From Paraspadella gotoi (Eukaryota > Animalia > Chaetognatha): 64,000 nucleotides of DNA. Both the position numbers and the translations under genes were made by a program. The notes under the pieces were generated by a model that saw only the letters and a list, made by a program, of their open reading frames with translations, was not told the DNA's origin and searched no databases. How positions within the stretch are numbered: the stretch's first letter is position 1; the number at the start of each line of letters is the position of its first letter. The DNA is taken from assembly GCA_051294375.1 (NCBI GenBank), contig CM119269.1:2832026-2896025 (forward strand). Reading direction: 5' to 3'. Of this stretch, positions 52,784 through 64,000 are shown in pieces.

Positions 52784-53908
52784 GTCGTTCGTTTATATTG
52801 ATTTTTCATTCACGAGCCACAGTTTACTATTTTGTTTTAGGATCTATTTTGTTATTATCCGATGGCGATAAAAGAATCTAAAGACGTGAAGTCAAAATGT
52901 GTCTGACTTACAGTATTGTAAAATCTACTTCAATTTTTTGCCTTTTCTTAGTTTTTAAATCTTTTTACGGAGCAAGTTTCGAATCAAGGTTCAGAATAGT
53001 TAAACTCTCGCACTTGAAAACTTGAATTCCTTTTTTCGAAAACAGCTTCGGCTCAATCGACCCTTTTCAGTAGTTAAACTACTCTGCCAAAAAACAATCT
53101 ACATTTTAAGTTCGCCAAAAGACATTCGAAACAGCACTTTTTATTTTAATGAAAAAGACAAACATTGTTATATCCCGCAGATTTATTCTTTTTATAAAAT
53201 TGTTTGGAAAGTTTTGACTGTGAGGTAGTGAAATAGCTTCTCAGGGTATACTTAACTCAAATTCAAATATGTTTCAAAAATATTTCACTAGAATTAAGTT
53301 ACTAAATAAAACTTTGTTGTTTTTTTTTTCAAATCTCTAGCTTGTTTCAGAAATTGTAAGTAAATTTGATATAACAAAAATAAATAAATTTATTTACAAG
53401 GTGACATAAACTTTGAAAACAGGATGTAATTACATAACAACGCAATTACAGCTATGACTAAAAAGCGAAATTTATTCAGAAATCGGAAAATCATTGTCTT
53501 GAGTATAGAAATTGTTTCTTTAAAATATGGGCGTGTTTTTTAATCATTCAAACGAACTTTAAGAACATTTAAAAAATTTGGAAGATTGATTGTCAGATGG
53601 TAAAAACGGGGGAAAGTAACTGAAAGTCACTGAAAGTCCCTGAAAGTGATAAAATCACAAAATAGGACGGTTTCTCTATAACAAAACATCTGGGAAGTCG
53701 CCGAAACTTTTTGGCTGCCGCATTGTGCTTCAACCACAAGAAAAGAACAGTTAATTGCCGCTTCATTCGTAGCCGTTTGGACGCAACGAGCAAAAAAGGC
53801 CATATAATATATTATATGGCTGCAAAAACTGCAAGCGCTGTAAACTTTTTTTATTTTTCCTCTAAATTTTCAGCGGCTTAAGCAACGCTTATCTGAAAGT
53901 TCTTGAGG

Positions 53909-55998
53909 TCACAAGGGAGGAGGTCCATCAAAGTATCTGAGTTGCGGTTGCAGCGACCATTTTAGGGAGTTGGTCTCGCTGCAGCATCCGGAGTTTTGGA
54001 AGAAGGCGAAGCCGAATGCGGAAACAAGAAGCAACAGGGAAGCGGGAAGCGCAGCACGAACCAGTTGAGAGAGTGCTCGGCGAACTTTGGAACATGTCGG
54101 CGGATCTGCGAAGAAAATAATTTAGATTTAATTCATGGGGAATAGAATCTTATTTACAATTAATTATACAGTATGATAGAGTATTAGTGTATTTCGGCAC
54201 ACACGATTTACTATTACAATTCAATTATTATTATACTATTACTATTCAATAAAAATAAATCATTTTTCTGTCTGGTTTAGCAAAGTCCCGTTACAACAAC
54301 ACAGATAAATTTAACCACCTGAACGATTAAAGATAGCCGACGACGGTGACAGAGGTTTGGAGGCGTTCGTCGGCGATTCGTCCTTCAACGTCGCTACGTC
54401 GTCGTCGTCTTCTTCGTCGACATCGTCCTCCTCGTTCTCCTCGTCAATGTTTATCACAGTTTCGCCGATCTGCGTCAACGTCCTTCTCGATGTCTTTCTC
54501 GACGAAGTCATCGACGCTCCTCCATCGTCAAAGTTGCCGTCCGCGTCACCGGCGTCGCCCAACCTCCGCGCCGACGGTCGCCTGTTCGGAATCGGCGTCG
54601 ACGTCGCGGGCGTCGGCAACGTCGTCGTGGGCGGCTTCGGGGACGGAGTCGGTCTGTTCAGGCTGAGGGAAGATGCGGAGGTGGGGTATGCCGAGTCGTT
54701 GGGAGCGGGGACGACGAGGGAATTGTCGGAGGTGGTCTTCTTTGGTCTTTGCGACCTTCGACGCGCCTCCTTCTTTGTTTCCTTCGTCGTCGACCCATCT
54801 CCGCAGCGGCTCGTCAACATCGAACCCCCCAATCCCACTTCCAGCCTCGAATCTAAGTCCAATTGGTCGCAGCGACGCTGCTTGTCGGCGGTGATGGCGC
54901 GGAGGATCTCCCACTCCTCCAGCACGTCCTCGACGACATCGAGATCCTCGGCGGAGATGGTGGTGCGTTTGGCGCGGATGGCCGCCTCGATGTGCGAGCG
55001 GACGACGCCGAGACACCTGATGTTCGTCTGGCAAATTGCCATCAGTTGAGTGTACTTTTTCCCTTCGACGGAGATGTCTCGCTTGAGTCGGTTGAGGGTC
55101 CCGTGGGTGACGTCCAACTGCTTCGTCGACTCCTCGACGATGTGATCCAAGTCTTCGAGGTCCGAGTCGGAGTCGACGACGGCGTCGTAGAGAGACGAAG
55201 CCTTCCGTTGCTTCTTAGGTGAAGAGGATTTGGCCGTGGGCGGACTTTTTCGCGAATGGGTGCAGGGGCGATGGCGGGAAGGTGGGTACGAGCCCAGGGC
55301 GTGTGGGCGGGGCGAAGTGATGGGTGAGGGCATTGCGAGTGTGTCGGGCGGGTAAGGGAGTGGTTGAGGTGAGGAAGGAGGTGAGGGAGGGAGAGTGAGA
55401 GGTGGAGACGCCGTCGTCGATCGCGGCGGCGGCGTCGTTGCAGCGACGTCATCGCGTCGTCGTGGGATGGCGTCGTCGTTCATGACTTCGCCGATGAGTC
55501 TTAAGATGGCGTCGTAATCGTCGTCGTCTTCATCGACATCGTCGTCGCCGGGAAAGACGGACGAACAGCGCGTCGAACCGGCGTCGTCTTCTTCGCGTTC
55601 CTCGCAGCGTGTTCGACCCGTGAAGGACGATTGGTAGGAGGAAGATCTCGGCGGCGCCGACGGCGGCGGCGACGACGATACCAGCGACGACGACACCAAC
55701 GACGACTGGAGATCGAAACTGTCCCACTCTTCGTCGGAGAGATAAAAGTCTTCGGTGTCCAGCACCAACTCCCTCGTCCACATCGACGGAGGGAAGCTTC
55801 GCGACGTCGTCATTCGTCGTTGGCGTCGTTTGGAGGAGGAAGAGGAGGAGACCGTGAGCGTCGGATCGGCGACGGAGTCCACGTCGGCGTCGGCACCGTC
55901 CAACGCGTCGGCGACGCGGCAGTCGAGGCTGTAGCAGCTTCCGGAGCTGCGGAGGCTGGAGGAGCCGACGGAGCCGAGGCTTTCCGAGGCGTCATAGT
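53909..55998 (-). CDS. KASH-domain outer nuclear membrane protein (Klarsicht/nesprin-type); 5' exons unresolved
   Basis: The large exon 55998-54319 splices in phase 1 (g|gtggtt...cgcag|at) to 54105-53909. That last exon encodes LSQLVRAALPASLLLLVSAFGFAFFQNSGCCSETNSLKWSLQPQLRYFDGPPPL*, which is a transmembrane helix plus a luminal KASH peptide ending in PPPL. A probable small upstream exon lies at about 56135-56111. Confidence 0.88.
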
Positions 55999-57438
55999 CT
56001 GGAAAAAAATAAATAAATTTGGAATGAAAACATTTTTGGAGAAAAAAAAATTGAAGAATTAATCGTGTTTACGAGAAATGTGGAATCTTTGCTAAAGGTC
56101 TCGGAAATACCTTCGGGGGAGTGGTACTCAAAACGCTGACGTGTTAGAGTAAACAGATAACTAATCTTTTTTCTCGACATATTCCATTTTCATAATTTAT
56201 TTTTGGTCTACAATTATTTCGTTTCAATGTTATTGTGATAAATCTTAGTGCAAAACCATTCAAAAGGTCGTTTTTGTTTTAAAAAAAGATTCGAATTTAA
56301 GGTCTAATGAGAACATATGAATAAATTAACGCTAACTAAAAAAAAACATTAGTTTTATCCGATAATATTTTAGTCATCCGCTTATCTGTGTCATCATAAG
56401 TTTTTTCTTTTGAACAACATTTTTAACTTTTACTCAGTGTTACGCCATTTGCCTTTATCAGGGAAATTCCTGATTCGACCATTCGACCATTCACAATTTC
56501 AAAAGCTTTCATTATTCACTTGTCCCTCATAATTCCAAGAAACAAAGGTTCTTTCAATCATTTTCAGCAGTTGGAATTTGCGTTGGTGGAAATAAAAAAG
56601 TCGACAATAATAAAAAAAAAAGTTTGGATCAGAGACAAGAGGGGTTTTATTTGTATTAAATATTCGAATTTAACTATCGCCAACGAGTTGTTTCTCAGCG
56701 AGAAGAATAAAATAAATTTAAGGGGATAAAAAAAACTAAAAACTAAAAAAAGTTCAAACCAATTGTTTAGTGGAGTTTTTCCGTACATGAATGTGAATCG
56801 TATTGGCAGACAATAAACCTTCAGATTTGTTTATCACACATATCAATCAAATTTTTCGATTTTAAAATCGATCTATCATTTCCCTTCTCCTAATTCACCT
56901 TGTCTATGACTCCATTGAGGTTTGTTCATTTGTTGGAAATCTGAAGTCGAGCGCGAAATCCGTTGGCGTCGCTTCTTCATCTTTTCGTTGCCTCGTCTTT
57001 TTCTGGCGAACGATTCGTCTTGGCTCACTTTTATGCGCGGAATCCCTAGTAAATGCATAAATAAATAAACGATTTAGTTTTGTTAAAAGGTTACAATTGG
57101 AAAAAAAATTCCTTTTTTTAAACAAAAACCCGAAAAACAAATAAACATAAACTTTGAAGGTAAAGTTTTTTTGGAAAATTTCGTTGGCGCGATGGAGATT
57201 CTTGTTTTTATTTTTTTTTTTTTTTTTAATAAAAGCCAAAGATTTCCCGGATTAAAAAAACAGAGAAATTTGGCCACATGCTCATCATAAGTTTTCGAGG
57301 TTTTTTTTTTTATTTCAAAGTATTTTTTTCTTCAACTTTTCCTTCCGTTTTTTCTCTTTTTCCGCAAAAAAATGCCTCCCGGGTTTTTCACACTTTGCGG
57401 CTTTCATCCACAAAAACTCACTCGCTCTCACGTTCATA

Positions 57439-57477
57439 CTCGGGTTCACTCTCGGGTTCACTCTCGGGTTCATTCTC
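57439..57477 (+). repeat. 12-bp tandem repeat (CTCGGGTTCACT), about 3 copies
   Basis: Directly visible. Confidence 0.8.
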
Positions 57478-58067
57478 AATTTTCTTTCATCTTCAAATTT
57501 GATTTCAACTTTAATTTTTTTTTTCTTATTTTTTTTTTACTTAGTTTTCGTTCCTATCCTTCATAATAGCAAAGCCTTAGGTTGAGATTAGATTGACTTC
57601 TTTTTTTATTCAAATACTATTACGTGATTCCACCGCGCGAATAAAATTAATCAAGTGAATCCACTCAAAAAGGGGAAAAAAAGAAGATTTTTTTTTCTTT
57701 TTAAATTAGAATTTTTCAATCTGGGAAGAGATCGTGGGTTTTTTTTCTCTTTTCTCAGAGCTCACATCATGCGAAATGTCATGTGCCATTAGCTTCTATA
57801 GAGCGCACACCCTTTCCAGCTTCGAGTGAGCGCATTCGCATTGATATTTTCTTTTTCTTTGAATAGGCAAGATTCGAAATAAAAAGGAATTTTTTTTTTT
57901 CAATTTGGTTGAAAGGATCGAAGTTTTTTTGATCTCGTGATCAGCCTTTTTTTTTCATTCTTTTGTTCTCGTGTCGGGGGTGTCTTGTTTTATTATTTTT
58001 TTTTTTGAAAGTTTTTAACTGGAGAAAGGAGAAAAAAAAAGGATTTAAAAGAGTCGCCGCCAACGCG

Positions 58068-58124
58068 GCCGAATCCGCTGCCGAATCCGCTGCCGAGAAC
58101 GCCAGCGGCGGATTTCGAAATCCG
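58068..58124. repeat. 12-bp tandem (GCCGAATCCGCT) followed by the perfect 16-bp palindrome CGGATTTCGAAATCCG
   Basis: Directly visible in a GC-rich patch. Confidence 0.7.
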
Positions 58125-59388
58125 GCGGATAAAGTCAGACCGTCGTCGGCGCCCCGTCGTCGCGGTCGAGCGTAGGAGAACAACAGATATCACTTTGTAA
58201 TTACTGTCGAGAGTTAGAGCAGAACAACCTAGATTGCCTTATAATTACTGATTGTGATACAGCTGAGAACAAAGGGTGCTCTATTGCTATAAACGTCCCG
58301 AATGTTGAATTAATGAAGGTCAGCTTTTATAATTCTTTCTAGGCGTGATATCAAATTATGGCGAGAAAACTCAAGAATGTCTCATAATAATAATAAAAAA
58401 TTTGTTTAATATAACTGTATTTAAAACGATAAACGTCGACAATATTTATTAATTACTATCGTGCTGAGAAAAAACCACGCGAGTTTTAATGTCGGAATTT
58501 TTTTTTTTATTCTATTTTTTTTTTACTTATTTCTATTCGGAAAATAAACACAAGTTAATCAACTTCCGGAACTCATTAATATTTAAACAAAATGGCCGTG
58601 AAGCAATTAATATTTTTTTTTATTAAAACAGTTAAATGTCTCCAGTGACGCTGAAGACTGGGTCCACAGTCTGTGGCCTCAGTTTTAAACCGAAGAGCAG
58701 GAAAAGGTCGCGCGTTGTTTTAAGTTGTTTTTAATTGGTTCTCTGTTCATTCATTCATTCAGATTTTGTCGAATAATTGACACTCGAAAGCCACAAACAA
58801 TAAAACAGATTTCAAGACTGTTATGCAATCGAAGCAAAACATATTACTTCCTTAATATTTAGTATCTATCTTATACTGTACATTGTGTACAAGAGGGGCT
58901 AGATTAGCAGATTTTAATCAAAAATTATTAAATTATTTATTTATTTATTTACTTAATTATTTTTTTCATTAATTTAATCATTCTTTGATGCATTCATTGG
59001 CTGAATAAATCTTTCGTCAATTCAACCATTATGCGTGCAATGTCTCCTTCACCTTACCTCCGCTAAAAAAGTAAGCGACGCCCCGATCGCCTTTTGTTCT
59101 CTTCTCCATTTCTTATTCTTCGGTTCGCCAATTTTTAAAATCGCCCTTTTTTTTTTGGTTATTTTTCTTTCTTTTTTTTATATTTATTTATTCATTTCTT
59201 TCTTTTTTTTTACTTCTCCCGTTGTGTGCCAACTCAAGTCTCTCGAAATCCGACTCCGCGCATCTCAATAATAATCGTCGGAGGCTTAATTTTTTTTTTT
59301 TTTTTTTGCGGGGAGGACCGGGGGGGGCAGGATGAATTTTTGAATCGGTTCCAATTTAAAAATTTCGTTCGAGTGAGGAAGGGGGAGT

Positions 59389-59539
<151 letters not shown>

Positions 59540-60447
59540 CGTCAAATATGAGTCACAAAAAAGTCGGTAAGGGGCGTCAGCGATTCCGCGATTAAGCTTA
59601 ATATTTCAGTTGGGGTTTTTTTTTTTCGTTACTCGCATAGAACTTTGCTTTCAATTTGGAAAGGTTCCATCGTCGTTGTCGTAATCGCCGTAGATCGTCG
59701 TAATCGCCGCGGATCGTCGCGGTTTTCGCCTTTTTTAAACGGCGATTAACTTTCGAGTCGCGAAGGCGGAGATTATTATTCTTTTTAAAAATCTTTCTTT
59801 CTTTCGTTTTTCGCTCCTTTTTTTTGGCGCTGGAGTTGGAAAAATTGGAAGATTGAACGATCCTTTTATACTTTTTTGGCGAGATAATTTTCTAGTTAAA
59901 CACTTTTTTCGTGATTTTAACTTTTGTTCTCGTTCAAACTTTTTTATCGGTTCGGATTCGGATCATCTTCTTCTTCAGGATCTGTCGACTTTTCGGGGCC
60001 ATTTAGGCAAAACCTGAAATGGTTCGTCAGAAATTTGAAATGTCCTCAGATCTGTAAATTCAGAAAAAATAATAGTTAGAGGTAGTGCATAGAAATCCAC
60101 CTGGTTTTGTTTAAGCAAAAAAAAAAGTGTAAAGAGTAAAAAAAAGTGGAATGAAATTTGTACCACCGAAATCCCGGTTCGAATCCCGATCGCCCGCTGC
60201 ATATAATTTCTCGCCAATGATTCACTTTTTTTCTCATTTCGTTTTCCCGACGACGAAAAGGAAACTTACTTTTTTATTCGAACGAAAGAGAACCTTAAGT
60301 TTTTATCGCGAGGGGCGGGTTTTGTGTTCGGATGGTTCCTTGAGGTTTATCGCTTTCTCGGGTTAGGAAGAGAGCGCGTTCGGGAGAGAGAGAGAGAGAG
60401 CGCGGGGAAGGGAAAGAGATTTAGAGCAGAAGTTGAACGACGGAAAT

Positions 60448-60541
<94 letters not shown>

Positions 60542-61222
60542 GAAGAGAATTAATTTGATAATAAAATATAATGTGTTAAAAATAAAGAAACTTTGATTTG
60601 ACCGAAAGCGAATTAGACGAGTTAAACCGCTACCCCTCCGCTTTGTGACGCCTATATTTCCTTGATTGAGTTAACAATCTTCATTGTTAAAAGTCGCGCG
60701 AATGAAACGAAGAAAAGAGCGATAGGATCAGAGACAGAGGAGGATGAGTTGTGGCCACTAAAGAGAGAGCAAGAAGGGAGAGAGAGAGAGAGAGAGCCCA
60801 AGAGATATTGGATTTAGTCTCACAAATTTCTTGTTCTTCTCCGTCGGATTTCCGGTTGCCACTGGTACCAACTTGCATCCAAGCGGCGATTCCATCGATT
60901 TTGCTCGGCGCCGCCTTGTCCGCCTACTGCGACGTGTCACAGCACCGTGTCACCACAATGCTACGCCGTGTCTTCGTGCGTTTCTCGACTTTGTCTCCAA
61001 CCAGTTTCCTTTCAATGGGAATCAATTTTTTTTTACTAGAAGTCGAGGTTTAGATTCGTCAACGCTTACCTTTTAATTTTTTAAAAATTTTGTAAAAATT
61101 TAAATATTTATATAATTTTTTGTTCGACGGAGGCATCGCATCGCATCGTTCTTTTTCTTTTGTTTTACATCTTACAATTTGCTGCTCTTTTGGGGGGAGT
61201 TCTCTTTTAAATTATTTTTGTA

Positions 61223-61313
<91 letters not shown>

Positions 61314-63021
61314 TTTCTTTCTTTTTTTTATATTATGCTTGCTAGCTTATTAGCTTTCTTTTTTTTCTTTCTTCCTTTCTTTCTTGCCGAGACCCCCCGC
61401 GATCGTAGATCAGACAAATCCTTGACAAAAATTTTTGTCGACGCGATTTCGTCGTCAAATTAAAAAAAAAAACCAAAAAAATCTACTTGGCAACCTTCAT
61501 TATTGTAATATTTTTAAGTCCCTTACTACGTCAAAACGAAAATCCTTTTTGACGGTGAATTAAGACCAAAAAAAGCAAACAAATTTTTTTGGCGTCGTAT
61601 TTCTTGGCTGCGTTGTGTGACTTATAGCTATTTTTTTTATCTCCGTTCGCTGTGTTGAGACATCCCAACCCTCCAAAAAAATTGTGTTTTGATTTTTAAT
61701 TAAAAAGAGTTTTGCGTCTTGTTGTGTTTGCATCGCCGAGATTTTTTCACGGAAAAGATTTGGCTTGGCTGAGATTTTGAGCTAAGGATTTCTGAGGATT
61801 AGGTCGCACGGGGAGACGAAGGCCTCGAAGACCACCCTCGGTGATCAGAGGAGTGACGATGTCGGCGTCACTCGGGCGTGAGAGGAGGATGTGTCGGGGG
61901 TGATGTTGTTGGATGTCGGGAGTGTTGTTTGATTGCAAGACGACATCGACTTTGCGATGAGGATTTTGCGGTGATGGCTTGTGTTGTGGTCATTCAAAGA
62001 TTTTACAAACACAAAGAGGATTTCAATTTGATTTATAAAATTCTCACGAAAAAAAAAGTACGAGAAAACGTGAGTAGATTTAAAAGAAGAAATTAGCATT
62101 GAACATTTGAAATTGGTTTTTCAGAAACGCTTTTTATCTTGACATAAAGTAAGAAATAAAATAGCGACTTTACTCCCTTCACGATTTTAAAAGTAAAAAA
62201 ATAAAATTAAAAAAGATCTTTGGTTTTGATAACGATGACAGTCAATGCGTAGAGATATCACGACGACGATGATGATGACGAATACGACGACGATACCCAA
62301 GAAGACGAAGAATACGAAAAAGGATTCGAAATAAAACGAAATTCTATCGCGCGTGAGAGAATTATCCTGCTAAAAAAAAAATACCGTTTATTATGGAGCG
62401 AAAATGGAACGAAGATAAAAAAAAATTAAAAAAGGGGGCAAAAAGTAAAAGCCAATCGCAGCTGCGTTTCTCGATCGCGATAGGGGAAGGAGGAAGAGGA
62501 GGAGGAAGAGGAAGAAGAGGAGGAGCAAGAGGATTAGTTCCTCTTCCTCGAAGAGGAATCGAATTTCCGCCGCGTGAATCGAAGACTCGAGAAAGGGTCA
62601 GTCGGGGACAGAGGTAGGGGGGGAGGGCGAGAGGGGGGTGGGGGGGGGAAATGGGAAAGGGGAGGGGATGAAAAGGGTTGAGAAGGAAGAGAATTTAATG
62701 GGGATGAATTAGGGACAGTGGGGGTTAGTAATTCGGGGTGAATTGAGTTTGGGAGGTTTGAACAAATATTAATTAAGGACATGGTGGATGGAGAGTCGTG
62801 AAAATCTTAATTAGGGAGTGAGAGGATTAAAGGTAAATTCGCTGCGAGTGAGAAAGCGACGTGAATTTAAGGTGAATGTATTTCAAGTCGAAGAAAGGAT
62901 GAGAAGAAATGACGAATATCGAGGATGATGGGGTTATCATCGCCGACGGTCGAATGTCCATCTCGTTTCTGAAAGGATTAACGCGGGGCTGTGAGAAGAG
63001 AGAGAGAAGAGAGAAGAGGAG

Positions 63022-63080
<59 letters not shown>

Positions 63081-63184
63081 CCAAGAATATAATGAGAGTT
63101 CTCAAGTCTCCAAAGTCGTTAATTAGTCAGCGATAATTCGACAAACAAAAAAGCAGAAAGATTCGCTAAATTCGACAAATAAAA

Positions 63185-63258
<74 letters not shown>

Positions 63259-64000
63259 AAGAGGAGAGAGACTGGAAGAACAAAAGAAAAAAAAATAGGA
63301 CGAAAGTTGCTTCGTCGAAATGGGAGACGGGAAGACGTCATGACTGGCACGTCGTCCACGTGGCGGCGATAATGACGACGACGACGACGAATATAACGAC
63401 GTCGATGAAGAGAATTATAACGAAGACGGAGACAACGACGAAGCCGACTACTATAATTAGTACAAGGACTACTAAAATACTCGATGACCACGATAAGGTT
63501 GTCGTTTTATTCCCCTGGTCGCGTCGAGAACAACGTCGAAGGGATAAGAAAATGTGGAGAGGATGACTCAGGAAAAAAAAAAAACTACGACGCTGTCGAT
63601 GACAAGAGAGATAAAGAAAGAACGAAGGAAAAAACAGAACGTTTCTTGTTTCGTTCTTTTACGACTTTTCGATTCGACGAAAAAATATTGACGAGCGTCG
63701 CAAAGACAATTGACAGAGAAACCAGCTGAAATAAGGAGCCATAACGACCAAGAGGACGATCGTGGCGCGACGACGACGACGACGAAGACGAATGATGTGG
63801 CGCGTTCTCCGAATTTCTTCCTCCAGAGTAACAACGCGACTTGAGAGTTGAGACCAAAAAAGCGAGCAAAGAAAATGTAAACACGACGACGACGACGACG
63901 ACGACGACGTAAGTCGCGCTTTCCACGGGTGGCCTACAATAACGCGTGGCTCAATACGATTTCTGATTGGTCGAGGAGGAATAATAAATAATAGTCGGTG

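Noticed and set aside
54346-55222. Plus-strand ORFs opposite the KASH exon, and similar antisense ORFs over OGDH, RETSAT and the sulfotransferase
   Set aside because: They are shadow frames of GC-rich coding exons with no independent motifs.

Overview
This is intron-rich eukaryotic DNA, most likely from an invertebrate animal, taken from an error-prone, gap-filled long-read assembly. Six spliced genes with GT-AG introns can be reconstructed by hand: a partial class A GPCR (minus, 338-1575), retinol saturase RETSAT (minus, 31983-35601) head-to-head with 2-oxoglutarate dehydrogenase E1 OGDH (plus, 36680-40333), a long coiled-coil protein (minus, 41784-49083), a cytosolic sulfotransferase (minus, 50908-52783) and a KASH-domain nuclear-envelope protein (minus, 53909 to at least 55998). 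The KASH exon is missing from the ORF track. About 26 kb (5530-31805) consists of one 8.2-kb block present twice as an identical direct copy and once as a noisy inverted copy, plus a second fold-back; 25-N gaps precede both direct copies. This looks like an assembly artefact, not biology. The best leads are non-coding: a tRNA-Gly-headed repeat in two introns whose body partly matches a permuted twister ribozyme, and a separate intronic element with a near-canonical twister P3/P4/L4 core. Both are imperfect and unproven. There is no CRISPR array, rRNA or intact tRNA, and most short ORFs in the track are microsatellite noise.
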